61,205 nt of DNA from an uncultured Smithella sp. (GCA_964400795.1 CAYNWA010000011.1:26374-87578), one strand, 5' to 3'; shown: positions 19,681 to 30,086, numbered from the stretch's first letter. Notes: generated from the sequence alone by a model not told the origin. Numbers and translations: made by a program.

Positions 19681-20928
19681 ATGAAAACCAGTAAAACCGG
19701 CAACAAGGACATAACTGAATATCTGGAAGAATATTTTGGCAAAAATATCTTGCCGCTATCCAAAGCCGAAAATAAATACATGCCAGGCGCAGGTCCTCTG
19801 GAAGTTTTCATATTTTACAAAAAAGATACTCCCGTACAAAAAGGAATAGAATGTTTTTTAAAAACGGCTGAGGACTACAATCTCTTTTCAAGCCGTTTAA
19901 TTATGATTGATGAAAATAAATTTGCCTTGCAATATTGCACTGACGGGATTGTGATAGAAACCTTGCCGCCTTTTCATACAGATTATACCGACGTAAGCAT
20001 TGATGATTTTAAAAATATGATGAGGCATGTTAAAACGTTGCCCGGCGAACCCCTTTTGGCTCTTACCATAATCCCCTTTAAAAATGGACATTTTGTAGGA
20101 GTCAGTTGCTCTCATGCAGTAGCGGATGGAACGTCTTTAATTCTTTTTCTTTACGCCTGGAATTGCACCGTTGAAGGGAAAAATATTATACCTCCTTCAA
20201 GACAAAGATTTTTTAGTGGAAATCCCATTCGCTCCGATAAAATCGACAAAAGTTTTACTCCTCCATTGTCTGAGCTGAACGATGAAATTAAGAAACGTTA
20301 TGAACGTGGCGTGACCATAAAAACATTCACGAAGATGGAATACTTTACGGATGAATTTCTCCATGAAATGAAAATTAACGCCAAGGCAGATAACAAGAAT
20401 TACATTATTTCCAATAATCAAATCATGACGGCATTGTTATTAAAAAAATATCATCAAAGTATTTTACCTGATACTGATCAGATTAGGATAAGAACTCCTG
20501 TAGATCTCAGAAATTTACACCCTGATATTGATTCAATGTATATGGGTTATGCAGTTGTAAACAGTTTTACGGAATTTAAAAAAGAAGAGATTGACAAAAT
20601 GTCAATCCCTCAGATCGCCTATCGTTTAAAAGAATCCATTACAAAAACAAGAGATAAAAAATTCATCAAAGAAATATCATATTTATCAAAATACGGCGTT
20701 GAGATTCAAGATGATGTTCTTGAAAAATTTCCTCCTTATAATATGGACACGGACATCCTTGCAGCCAATTTAACTCATTTGAATGATCTGGAATCTCTGT
20801 TTTTAGATCCGGATGCCATGAGTATTTTTTATGTTGGCGGAGCATCAATTAAAACATATTTCTCTATTTTGAAAGAAAAAACCGGTAAAATGGTTACTCA
20901 AATAACAAGCAGGTATCCATTAGTATAA
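19681..20928 (+). CDS. CoA-dependent acyltransferase, HxxxD (BAHD/condensation-like transferase) family
   Basis: SCSHAVADG motif, R-x-P-V-D-L-R, about 415 aa. Paralog at 34688-35938. Confidence 0.7.
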   Translation: MKTSKTGNKDITEYLEEYFGKNILPLSKAENKYMPGAGPLEVFIFYKKDTPVQKGIECFLKTAEDYNLFSSRLIMIDENKFALQYCTDGIVIETLPPFHTDYTDVSIDDFKNMMRHVKTLPGEPLLALTIIPFKNGHFVGVSCSHAVADGTSLILFLYAWNCTVEGKNIIPPSRQRFFSGNPIRSDKIDKSFTPPLSELNDEIKKRYERGVTIKTFTKMEYFTDEFLHEMKINAKADNKNYIISNNQIMTALLLKKYHQSILPDTDQIRIRTPVDLRNLHPDIDSMYMGYAVVNSFTEFKKEEIDKMSIPQIAYRLKESITKTRDKKFIKEISYLSKYGVEIQDDVLEKFPPYNMDTDILAANLTHLNDLESLFLDPDAMSIFYVGGASIKTYFSILKEKTGKMVTQITSRYPLV

Positions 20929-20948
20929 TTTTTTGAGGTAAATTACGC

Positions 20949-22265
20949 ATGTCAATGTCAAAACCCAGTTACAAAATTCGTTTTGCCCGATCCGGAGACA
21001 TCCCCGATATCATCGAATTGATGCGTCCCTACAATATGCATCACATTCCCTCTCCGGAGATGGGCCCGCTCGATTACAAGTGTTTTATCGTTGCCGAACA
21101 AGACGGGAATTTGATTGGAACGGCCGGTTACACCTTTCTTTCGGATGATGTTGGCAAAACAACCCTGATGGCCGTACGTCCAGACTGCACGAAGATGGGT
21201 CTGGGCAAGATACTGCAAACCCAGCGTATGCAAATTTTGAAAAGTCTGGGGTGTACGAAAATCATAACGAACGCGGACCGTCCGGAAACCATTGCCTGGT
21301 ACAAGCAACATTTCGGATACCGTGAAATCGGTAAACTGCTGAAGATTCATTCGTTTAGTTTGGAGGACATTCCGGAATGGACGACTCTGGAAGCTGACCT
21401 AACAAACGTTGACGTTCCAGCGCCTCTAAACGACAAATTGTTGATTAATGCCGCCCTAACAGGCATGAAGAACGAAAAAAGTGACAATCCTTATCTGCCC
21501 GTCACGCCCGCCGAAATCGCCAAAGCTGCATTAGAAGCAGGAGAACTAGGGGCGGCCATTGTTCACCTTCATGCAAGAGACGTCCATGAAAAGCCAACGC
21601 CGGATTCGTCGGTATATGCAGAAATTATAAGTCGTATCCGGGAAAAAAACAGTGATCTGATCATCTGTACAACAACCAGCGGACGCAACTGGCACGAACT
21701 GGAGAAAAGAGCTGCTGCATTAGAATTGTCCAATGATGTAAAGCCGGATATGGCTTCTCTGTCGTTGGGTTCAATGAATTTCCCTTCACAGACCAGCATA
21801 AATTCACCACAGGTAATTCAGTCTTTGGCTCTGCGTATGATGGAGCAAAATATCAAGCCGGAATTGGAAGTTTTCGAAGTGGGAATGGTCGAGTATGCTA
21901 AATATCTGGTAAGGAAAGGCTTACTACGTCAGCCCGCATATTTTAACCTCATTCTCGGTTCCCTTGGCACGATGGGCGCTTCGCAGCACAATCTCCGTTA
22001 CCTGGTTTCTCAACTCCCGGCATTTTCAATTTGGGCCGCTTCCGGTATTGGTAAATTTCACAGCAAGGTACAGGAGTTGGCCGCAGCAATGGGTGGTGGT
22101 ATCCGAACCGGATTAGAAGATAGCCTTTATTTGGATATTAATAAGCACGCATTCGCAAGCAACAGAGATTGGATCAAAAAAGCTTTGGATGCAGTAACAC
22201 GTAACGGCCGCAAAATTGCCACTCCGCGTGAAGTGAGACAATGGTTGGATTTGGAGATGTCTTAA
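20949..22265 (+). CDS. GNAT acetyltransferase fused to a 3-keto-5-aminohexanoate cleavage enzyme (BKACE/DUF849) domain
   Basis: N-terminal ~150 aa GNAT (motif A ...MGLGK, WYKxxFGY). C-terminal INAALTG...P.TPAEIA...IVHLHARD...PELEVF...RTGLED. Confidence 0.85.
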   Translation: MSMSKPSYKIRFARSGDIPDIIELMRPYNMHHIPSPEMGPLDYKCFIVAEQDGNLIGTAGYTFLSDDVGKTTLMAVRPDCTKMGLGKILQTQRMQILKSLGCTKIITNADRPETIAWYKQHFGYREIGKLLKIHSFSLEDIPEWTTLEADLTNVDVPAPLNDKLLINAALTGMKNEKSDNPYLPVTPAEIAKAALEAGELGAAIVHLHARDVHEKPTPDSSVYAEIISRIREKNSDLIICTTTSGRNWHELEKRAAALELSNDVKPDMASLSLGSMNFPSQTSINSPQVIQSLALRMMEQNIKPELEVFEVGMVEYAKYLVRKGLLRQPAYFNLILGSLGTMGASQHNLRYLVSQLPAFSIWAASGIGKFHSKVQELAAAMGGGIRTGLEDSLYLDINKHAFASNRDWIKKALDAVTRNGRKIATPREVRQWLDLEMS

Positions 22266-22420
22266 GTTAAAATTTAACATTTTATTAGCAATTGAAGCCT
22301 TGAGAATTTTTACAACCGATCTTAATGTATGGTGTCATGAAAACCCGGATTTTTAGAATTGAAAATTATTTGACATCTTTCAGCGCTGATTCCTGTTCGC
22401 GAAGCGGTTAATGCTTGCAT

Positions 22421-23650
22421 CTATTCAAACCGTAGCGCGTCAATGGGATTCAAAAGCGACGCTTTGTAGGCCGGATAGAAACCGAAGAAAATTCCCACCA
22501 GGCCGGAAAAGCTGAATGAAAGCAAAACCGAAAAAAACGAGACAACGGAAGGAATTTCAAAAACAGTCGACAGGATGAAGGAACCACCGCTTCCAATGAT
22601 GATGCCTGCAATGCCTCCGAGCATGGAAAGGGTCAGGGCTTCAATAATAAACTGGATGCGAATGTCCCATGTTTTTGCGCCGACGGCCATACGAATGCCG
22701 ATTTCCCGAGTTCTTTCCGTGACGGAAACCAGCATAATGTTCATGATACCGATGCCGCCGACCAGCAGCGATACGGAGGCGATGGCTCCCAACAGCAGGG
22801 CGAAGATGTTTGCGGTCTGTTCCGCCATATTCAGAACCTGCGTCAAATTCATGACGGTGAAATCATCCTCTTTATTGGGGCCGATGCGGTGCCGTTGACG
22901 CAGCAGATTCGTGATTTGTCTTTCCGCAATGGTTAGCTCTTCGGTGCCTTTCGCCTTGACCATGATCGACCGCACCATTCCGGGGACGGTTCTGCCGAAG
23001 ACTTTTTTCTGCGCGGTGCTCAATGGGATGATAATCGTATCGTCCTGATCCTGGCCGCCCAATGACTGTCCTTTGGGCTCCAAAACGCCAATAACCGTGA
23101 AGGGAATTTTCTTGATTCTGATAATCTGACCGATAGGATCTATACTTCCGAAAAGATTGTCCACGACGGTCTGTCCCAGAAGGCAGACTTTTGTGGCGCT
23201 ACGGACGTCCTGTTCGTTCATATTCCGTCCCGCCGTTAGACCGCAATCCTTGACTTCCAGAATACCGGGCGTCGTTCCCTGAATGCCGGTTGACCAGTTC
23301 TGATTTCCGTACACCACCTGCGCAGTTCCGTATTGCATCGGCGCTACAGCAGCAACGGCGGAACATTCTTTTTCGATGGCATCCGCGTCGGCGGTTGTTA
23401 ATGTGGACTGGCTGCCTCCTCCCATCCGGACGCCTCCCTGCGAGGTGCTGCCCGGCATGACGATGATCAAGTTGCTGCCGATACTGGAAATTTGTGCGGA
23501 AACCTTCCGGCTGACACCCGTGCCGACAGCCAGCATAATAATCACGGCGCTGACGCCGATAATGATTCCCAGCATGGTCAGGGCCGAGCGCATTTTGTTG
23601 ACCCATAATGCCCTGAGCGCGATTTTGAGAGTGGAAATGATGCTGATCAT
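22421..23650 (-). CDS. MacB-family ABC permease
   Basis: RSALTMLGIIIG, VGGIGIMNIMLVSVTERTREIGIR and PIDALRFE. Confidence 0.93.
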   Translation of the reverse strand: MISIISTLKIALRALWVNKMRSALTMLGIIIGVSAVIIMLAVGTGVSRKVSAQISSIGSNLIIVMPGSTSQGGVRMGGGSQSTLTTADADAIEKECSAVAAVAPMQYGTAQVVYGNQNWSTGIQGTTPGILEVKDCGLTAGRNMNEQDVRSATKVCLLGQTVVDNLFGSIDPIGQIIRIKKIPFTVIGVLEPKGQSLGGQDQDDTIIIPLSTAQKKVFGRTVPGMVRSIMVKAKGTEELTIAERQITNLLRQRHRIGPNKEDDFTVMNLTQVLNMAEQTANIFALLLGAIASVSLLVGGIGIMNIMLVSVTERTREIGIRMAVGAKTWDIRIQFIIEALTLSMLGGIAGIIIGSGGSFILSTVFEIPSVVSFFSVLLSFSFSGLVGIFFGFYPAYKASLLNPIDALRFE

Positions 23651-24339
23651 GATTTTTTAACCTCTTCATCGCTGACGATATGTCCGTCCACAAAGCGAAT
23701 GTTACGCTTGCTGAAGGCGGCAATATCCGGTTCATGCGTCACAAGAATAATCGTCGTCCCGGAATTGCGGTTCAGCTGCACCAGAAGTTCCATGATCTCA
23801 ATGCTTGTTTTTGTGTCAAGATTTCCCGTCGGTTCGTCGGCCATTAGAATGGGAGCTTCATTGACCAGGGCGCGGGCAATTGCCACCCGCTGTTGCTGAC
23901 CGCCGGAGAGTTGATTGGGGTGGTGATATTCTCTTCCTTCAAGGCCAAGCATTTTTAAAGCGGCAAGGGATTTCTTCTTTCTTTTGCCGGCTGGAACGTG
24001 ATTATAAAGAAGGGGGAGTTCCACATTTTCCAGAGCCGATGTCCGGGAAAGCAGGTTGAATCCCTGAAAGACAAAACCGATCTTGCGGTTGCGGATGGTT
24101 GCCAGTTCATCGCGTGACAAACCGCTGATCTGCCGACCATCCAGCGCATATTCGCCGGCCGTCGGCTGATCGAGACAACCGATGATATTCATGAAAGTGG
24201 ATTTGCCGGAACCTGAAGGTCCCATGATGGCGACAAACTCGCCCTTCTTAATCCTGACGGAGACATTTTCCAGCGCACGCACGCCTTCGTCCCCGACATC
24301 ATACGTTTTGACGAGCTGCTTGGTTTCAATGAGAGCCAT
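23647..24339 (-). CDS. MacB/LolD-type ABC ATP-binding protein
   Basis: GPSGSGKST, LSGGQQQRVAIARAL and ADEPTGNLD. Confidence 0.95.
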   Translation of the reverse strand: MALIETKQLVKTYDVGDEGVRALENVSVRIKKGEFVAIMGPSGSGKSTFMNIIGCLDQPTAGEYALDGRQISGLSRDELATIRNRKIGFVFQGFNLLSRTSALENVELPLLYNHVPAGKRKKKSLAALKMLGLEGREYHHPNQLSGGQQQRVAIARALVNEAPILMADEPTGNLDTKTSIEIMELLVQLNRNSGTTIILVTHEPDIAAFSKRNIRFVDGHIVSDEEVKKS

Positions 24340-25526
24340 TACATAAACCTCCGCGGCGGGCGTTGCGTGCTGCTGCCTCCTTTTTTATTATTCAAATTGT
24401 CCGTGATAATATCCTGCCCCGCTTCCAGTCGGCCGGAGATGATTTCCGTATAATTACCGTCACTGATTCCCATGGTAACCTGCACCGGTCTGGGTTTCTC
24501 TTGTTCCAGTACCCAGACGTTTGTTCCTTTTATTTCCTGTTGTTCCGTCCTGATTCCTTTTCTATCGCCCGTTTCTGCAGGTTTGAAGCGCAGGGCGGAG
24601 TTGGGAACCCGTAAAACATCGGGACGCATTTCAATGGTAATGGAAACATTGGCGGTCATTCCCGGTTTTAATTTCAACTGAGGATTGTTCACCTTGACAA
24701 TGACATCGTAGGTTACAACATTCGACACCGTGGTCGGCGCATTGCGCACCTCGGAAACTTTTCCGGCAAAGACCGCGTCCGGATAGGCGTCAACCGTGAA
24801 CGAGACTTCCTGTCCCGTCTGCACCCTGCCGATGTCCGCCTCATCCACACTGGTGTTAATCTGCATTTTGGTCAGGTCCTGGGCTATGCTGAAGAGAGTC
24901 GGAGTTTGAAAGCTGGCGGCAACCGTTTGACCCACATCCACATTGCGGGAGATCACAATTCCGTTCACCGGAGAAATAATGTTGGTGTATTGCAAATTTG
25001 TTTCGGCGATTTTTAACGAGGCCTGCGCCTGGCCAACCTGTGCCTGTGTTACTTTGTGCTGGGCTTCAGCAGCATGCAGATTGGTTTCGGCTGTATCCAG
25101 TTCGCTTTTGGCAATGAAATTCTGAGCAAAGAGTTCCCTGTTGCGTTCATAGGTTCTGCGCGCGTCAGTCACGCTGACGGCAGCTTTTTCCATGTTCGCC
25201 TGTGCCGATAACAGATTGGCACGGGCCTGATCGACCTGTCCCTGAAACGTGGAGGGATCGATCTGTGCGAGCAGCTGACCTTTTTTTACAGGTGAATTGT
25301 AATCAACCAGGAGTTTTCTTATAGTGCCGGATACCTGCGTGCCGACGGAAACCGTTGTCACGGCGTTCACCGTGCCGGTTGCCGTGACGATGGATTTTAT
25401 TTCACCGCGCGAGACTTTTTCCGTTTTGTAGGCGGCTTTTTTCCCGTCTCGGTGAACATAAAAGAATAACCCGGTGACAATGACGGTGATCAGCAATACA
25501 GATATGATAATAATTTTTTTCTTCAT
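24339..25526 (-). CDS. Efflux periplasmic adaptor (MacA-like MFP)
   Basis: VGTQVSG, KKGQLLAQID, SPVNGIV and LKPGMTANV. Confidence 0.93.
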   Translation of the reverse strand: MKKKIIIISVLLITVIVTGLFFYVHRDGKKAAYKTEKVSRGEIKSIVTATGTVNAVTTVSVGTQVSGTIRKLLVDYNSPVKKGQLLAQIDPSTFQGQVDQARANLLSAQANMEKAAVSVTDARRTYERNRELFAQNFIAKSELDTAETNLHAAEAQHKVTQAQVGQAQASLKIAETNLQYTNIISPVNGIVISRNVDVGQTVAASFQTPTLFSIAQDLTKMQINTSVDEADIGRVQTGQEVSFTVDAYPDAVFAGKVSEVRNAPTTVSNVVTYDVIVKVNNPQLKLKPGMTANVSITIEMRPDVLRVPNSALRFKPAETGDRKGIRTEQQEIKGTNVWVLEQEKPRPVQVTMGISDGNYTEIISGRLEAGQDIITDNLNNKKGGSSTQRPPRRFM

Positions 25527-26800
25527 GGGTTTACTCCTATGGATTTTTCCAGTGCGGCCTGTGCAATCTTGTAGTTGTAAAGCGCGGTATTTAAATTAGC
25601 TTTGGCGTTATTAAGCGTTATGGTGGCATCCGCTACTTCGATGGGATTGCCTACACCTGTCCGATATCGTCCCGCAGCCAGATCGTAATTTTCCTGAGCT
25701 TGAACCACCGTCATCTCGGTCACGGCTATTTGTTCTGCGCTGTCCCGAACTTCCAGATAGGCCTGCTCGACCTCTAAACGAATGGCCCGGCGTGTGGCAT
25801 CCTCGTTGGCTTTAAGCACTTCAAGACTGGCATTGGCTTCGTCAACCTGATATTTTGTCAAAAATCCGGAAAAAAGCGGAAAACTCAATGTGGCGCCGGC
25901 ATTCCAGCCGCGTCCCAGGGGAAAATCTGTTCCGGAAAAATCGTATCCGGCGCTGCCCGAGAGGGTCGGATAATAATCCTTTCGCGCGAGTTCAACCGCG
26001 CGTTCTGCCGCTTTACGTTTAGCCCTGATGGAAATGAGATCAGGCCGGCTCGCATAAGCTTTTTTCAGTACATCGTTTAATTCCAATTCGTTTTTCTGAA
26101 AAGCGAGATTATCGATGATGGTAAAATCGGCGTTTTCAGGAACGCCCATGGCATCTTTCAGGGTTATTATGGCGGCGCGAACGGCATTTCCGGCTTTCAA
26201 TACGCTCAACTTCGCGTTGCCGAAATCAACCTCCGCCTTTGTCACGTCGAATTTCGGTTTGGTGCCGATTTGGAAAAAAGCATTGGCCTGATCCAGATGC
26301 TGCTGGAATTGTTTCATGGTGTCGGCAGCGACGCCCTTATTCCGTTGGGTCTGTAGCAGCTTGTAATAAGCTTTTTTCACATTCAGGATGACTTGTGATT
26401 TGACATCGTTGTAGTCGGCGCGAGAGGCCGCAACATTCAAATCCTGGATGTCTACACGGGTTGATGTCTTGCCGAAATCAAAAAGAGTCACTCCGAGGTT
26501 GATTCCCGTTGAATATTGATCATAGGCATCGATACTTTCGCCCGGCGGTGTTGTTGGACCGATCCTTTTATAGCCGGTCGATAAATCGATTTGCGGATAA
26601 TAATTGGACCGGACCTGTCCGACCCGGCTTTCATTCACTTTGATTGTGCCTGCCGACGCCTTGAGATTCGGATGTTTCTCCAGCGCAATGGACAGGCATT
26701 GTTCCAGACTATACAAAACGGTTTCTTCCACCGGTTCCGCGGCTTTCACGGCGAACGGCATTATCAGTAAAAGGATTATAAAAAAAATCTTTTTGTGCAT
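25523..26800 (-). CDS. TolC-family outer membrane efflux protein
   Basis: Signal peptide, YYPQIDL, LFDFG and RYRTGVG..IEV.DA. Confidence 0.9.
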   Translation of the reverse strand: MHKKIFFIILLLIMPFAVKAAEPVEETVLYSLEQCLSIALEKHPNLKASAGTIKVNESRVGQVRSNYYPQIDLSTGYKRIGPTTPPGESIDAYDQYSTGINLGVTLFDFGKTSTRVDIQDLNVAASRADYNDVKSQVILNVKKAYYKLLQTQRNKGVAADTMKQFQQHLDQANAFFQIGTKPKFDVTKAEVDFGNAKLSVLKAGNAVRAAIITLKDAMGVPENADFTIIDNLAFQKNELELNDVLKKAYASRPDLISIRAKRKAAERAVELARKDYYPTLSGSAGYDFSGTDFPLGRGWNAGATLSFPLFSGFLTKYQVDEANASLEVLKANEDATRRAIRLEVEQAYLEVRDSAEQIAVTEMTVVQAQENYDLAAGRYRTGVGNPIEVADATITLNNAKANLNTALYNYKIAQAALEKSIGVNP

Positions 26801-26804
26801 TTTT

Positions 26805-27452
26805 TCACCTGTGGGTTTTTCTTTTCTCTTTCATGAGTCCGCGCAAAGAGAAGGTCGTGATATGTTCCATCAATTCATCGATTTGATTTACGCCGAACGC
26901 TTCACCCGGATAGATTCGGGTGATGACCGGGTGTGAATGCCGGAAATAAAGACATTGACCGACAATACTCATAGCGCAAAGCCGCACAATCCTGTCTTTC
27001 GGGCTTTTGTCCAGAATCGCGGCGATAATTCCGGTGAGCAGTTGAAAGGAAGGGCGAATGTTTTCTTCTACCAGAATATCAAATGCCCATGTCGGATTGG
27101 TAAACTCGCGGGCCAGCAGTTTGCCGAACCAGGCGGGACGATCGTCGTCCATAATCCGCATCAGGAATGACCGGATAAACGCGCGCAGTTTTTCCTCGGG
27201 CTTTTGTGTTTCGGTCATGCCGAGATCAGGAGGGTAGGTTTGAAAAGCGATTTCCTGATAATGTTTCAGTACGGCAAGATACAATTCTTTTTTGTCTCCG
27301 AAATGGTAATTGATGGCCGCGACATTGGCTCCGGCGTGGCTGCAAATGTCTCTGACCGTTGCCTGCTTATAACCTTCCTCGGCAAAGATTCTTCCCGCCG
27401 CTTCGATGATCGCCGCGCGTGTTTTTGAAATTGTTTTTTTGTTTTCCATCAT
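26805..27452 (-). CDS. TetR-family regulator (CecR/YbiH-like C-terminal domain)
   Basis: FAEEGYKQATVRDICSHAGANVAAINYHFGDK helix-turn-helix; heads the efflux operon. Confidence 0.9.
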   Translation of the reverse strand: MMENKKTISKTRAAIIEAAGRIFAEEGYKQATVRDICSHAGANVAAINYHFGDKKELYLAVLKHYQEIAFQTYPPDLGMTETQKPEEKLRAFIRSFLMRIMDDDRPAWFGKLLAREFTNPTWAFDILVEENIRPSFQLLTGIIAAILDKSPKDRIVRLCAMSIVGQCLYFRHSHPVITRIYPGEAFGVNQIDELMEHITTFSLRGLMKEKRKTHR

Positions 27453-27457
27453 TATTA

Positions 27458-27488
27458 TTCAAACAATTGTTTTAAACATTTGTATGAA
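27458..27488. promoter_or_regulatory. Putative tandem TetR operator
   Basis: Perfect palindrome AAACAATTGTTT (27461-27472) and a second imperfect site 13 bp downstream (14/18 identity), immediately upstream of the TetR start. Confidence 0.6.
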
Positions 27489-27673
27489 TATTTTTTGTCT
27501 TTGTCAAGCATTATTTATGTAACGGTAAATTCTCCATGGATATTCAGAATTATTTTGACACAAAAAATCAATTATCATATGTTCTTACATCGGTGCGAAC
27601 GGAACGGTTTTTTTGTTCCTTGTCAATGGCGATGCCGGGGATACGCCGGCAAAGATACGATGGAGACAAAACA

Positions 27674-28681
27674 TTGAACTACAAGCACATTCTGCGATAT
27701 GTTGTCGCGTTGGCGGTCATCATCGCAGCCGGATACTTTTTCTATCATGAATTCAAAATTAACGCAGACGCGTTGAGTCGATACCATTTTGCCATTTATC
27801 CGCCGTACATTTTTATATCGATATTTTTCGGGACGACCGGATTTCTCATCGGGCCTGTCGTCTGGAAAATCTGTGTAAACCAGTATGTTCAAAGGAAATT
27901 GAATCTTCAGGAAAGCGTCGCTTTGTATAATACATCCGCGTTACTGAAATACGTTCCGGGAAAAGTATGGACGTACGCGGCACAAATGGCACTGCTGTCT
28001 TCCAAGGGTATTTCCAATGCGGTTGTGGTGTATATTAATCTGATTAGTTTTGTCTGCCTTGTTTTCGTTTCCGCAGCCAATGCTTTATTTTATTATCTCA
28101 TCATTTTAAAAATAACGTCTCTGGAAATTTCCGTTTTGCTTTTTCTGCTTTTGATTGCGCTGGATTTTATTTTTATAAAATGGAACACCACGATCATCAA
28201 TTTCATTATTATTCCGCTGGGGCGGTTGTTCAAAATAGACATAGAGCCGATCATGATGAAAAAGCGCATTTTTATATATATTCAACTGTTGTATTTTCTC
28301 GCCTATGCTTATTTGGGGATCGCCATGTTTTTTCTGGCGAAGGGGATAGGCATGAGCATGCCCTTTGTCAATATATTTGCCGTGACGGCAACGATTTCCA
28401 TCTCCGCCATACTGGGTTTTTTAGCTTTTTTCAGCCCGGGCGGTCTGGGGGTTAGAGAAGGGATGATGTTCATCCTGCTCAGGCAATTCTTGAGCGTGGA
28501 GGCGGCTTTGATTCTTCCGATTGCCGTAAGATTGCTGTGCATCATTGCCGATCTTTTACTGGCCGGTATTGGCGTATATGTAGGCATGAAATACAGATAT
28601 TTTCCTGAATTGCTGAACATCCATCAGACAGGAAGCATGGCTGAAGAAACAGTCGTAGATAAAATCAATGAAAGAGCGTAA
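27674..28681 (+). CDS. Lysylphosphatidylglycerol-synthase TM-domain (UPF0104) membrane protein
   Basis: KYVPGKVW and FFSPGGLGVREG motifs, multi-TM. TTG start after GGAG chosen over 27536. Confidence 0.8.
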   Translation: MNYKHILRYVVALAVIIAAGYFFYHEFKINADALSRYHFAIYPPYIFISIFFGTTGFLIGPVVWKICVNQYVQRKLNLQESVALYNTSALLKYVPGKVWTYAAQMALLSSKGISNAVVVYINLISFVCLVFVSAANALFYYLIILKITSLEISVLLFLLLIALDFIFIKWNTTIINFIIIPLGRLFKIDIEPIMMKKRIFIYIQLLYFLAYAYLGIAMFFLAKGIGMSMPFVNIFAVTATISISAILGFLAFFSPGGLGVREGMMFILLRQFLSVEAALILPIAVRLLCIIADLLLAGIGVYVGMKYRYFPELLNIHQTGSMAEETVVDKINERA

Positions 28682-28690
28682 TCATTCATT

Positions 28691-29320
28691 ATGGGACTCA
28701 TACAATTACTCATCAAAGATCCGCCGGCTTTTATCATATTATCCGTACTGCTTCTCTATTCGGTCATTTTTCATGAACTGGCTCACGGCTGGATTGCTTA
28801 TAAAATGGGCGATTCTACGGCGAAATGGCTGGGAAGGCTGACGCTCAATCCTGTTAAACACATTGATCCTTTCGGGTCTTTGATGCTGCTGATTGTCGGT
28901 TTCGGCTGGGCGAAACCGGTTCCGGTTAATCTGGGAAATATTCCGCATGAAAAGCAACGCATGGGGCTAATTCTGGTTTCGGCAGCCGGCGTCACAGCAA
29001 ACATTATCATCGCTTTTGCAGCGCTTTTATTATTCAGGTTGATATCTCCCGAACTTTCAGGGATGGAGGGAAAGGTTCTTTTGCTGCTGGCCCGGATTAA
29101 CCTGATCCTCGCCGCGTTTAATTTGATTCCGATACCTCCGTTGGACGGATCTAAAATTCTCATGGGTTTCGCACCGGCATCCGTCAACAGAGTTTTACAT
29201 CAAATTGAACCTTTTGGAATTTTTATTGTTATCGGGCTGCTTTTTTTAGGCGTTCTGGATCCAGTGATCAATTTATTTCAATCTTTAATCCTGGCGCTTA
29301 TTTCTGTTTTTTTGCCTTGA
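28691..29320 (+). CDS. Site-2 protease (M50)
   Basis: HELAH, GRLTLNP, FGWAKPVP and NLIPIPPLDG. Confidence 0.93.
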   Translation: MGLIQLLIKDPPAFIILSVLLLYSVIFHELAHGWIAYKMGDSTAKWLGRLTLNPVKHIDPFGSLMLLIVGFGWAKPVPVNLGNIPHEKQRMGLILVSAAGVTANIIIAFAALLLFRLISPELSGMEGKVLLLLARINLILAAFNLIPIPPLDGSKILMGFAPASVNRVLHQIEPFGIFIVIGLLFLGVLDPVINLFQSLILALISVFLP

Positions 29321-29373
29321 TGATTGATAGTCAAACACAAAGACAAAATCTTTAAGAAGGAGGTAAAATAGAT

Positions 29374-29943
29374 ATGGAAACATTTGCAGACTTATTAAAA
29401 AATCGAAGATCCATCCGTGATTTTCAGGATAAGGAAGTCCCGCTGAAAATCGTAGAGGAAATTCTTCAGGAATCGACTCTGGCGCCTTCAGCCAGTAACA
29501 ATCAACCCTGTCGGTTTTCCATCGTTAATTGCAGGAATACCATTCAAGCTCTTTCCGATGAAAGCAAAGCCAACCTCCTTCATGATTTTGCCCAGAATAA
29601 AGCATCATCTAATCCGGCCTATGTGGACGTGCTGAAAGATAAAAACTTTAATGTCTATTATAACGCGCCCTGCGTGATCTTTATTAGCGGCTCCAGCGCG
29701 GTGTATTCCTTGGATGTGGATTGCGCGCTGGCGGCGAGTTATATTATGTTTTCGGCGGCATCAAGAGGATTGGGGACCTGCTGGATCGCGTTGGGTGCAC
29801 AAATCCGTGATCCCAAATCAAAAACTCTGCTTGGAATTCCCGACGGCTGCCGAATTGTCGCGCCGATCATTCTCGGTTATCCAAAAGCAATTCCCGCGGC
29901 ATCGGAAAGACACGCTCCGGAGATTCTCAGGGTGATCAGTTAA
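29374..29943 (+). CDS. Nitroreductase family protein
   Basis: RRSIRDF, APSASNNQP and GLGTCWI. Confidence 0.9.
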   Translation: METFADLLKNRRSIRDFQDKEVPLKIVEEILQESTLAPSASNNQPCRFSIVNCRNTIQALSDESKANLLHDFAQNKASSNPAYVDVLKDKNFNVYYNAPCVIFISGSSAVYSLDVDCALAASYIMFSAASRGLGTCWIALGAQIRDPKSKTLLGIPDGCRIVAPIILGYPKAIPAASERHAPEILRVIS

Positions 29944-29955
29944 AAAAGGTAATAT

Positions 29956-30063
29956 TGTCATTTCGATGAGTACCGACACTTGCCCGGCGAATATCGGGTG
30001 TCGGGACGAAGAGAAATCTTTTTCTTCAACCGACAAAATGTCTCGCTATCTCTCAACATGACA
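29956..30063. repeat. REP/MITE-like element (TGTCATTTCGA...ATGACA family)
   Basis: Terminal TGTCAT/ATGACA inverted repeats and an internal CCGACAC...GTGTCGG hairpin. Related copy at 39229-39326. Confidence 0.7.
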
Positions 30064-30086
30064 AAGATGAAAAGTGTTGCTGCCTT

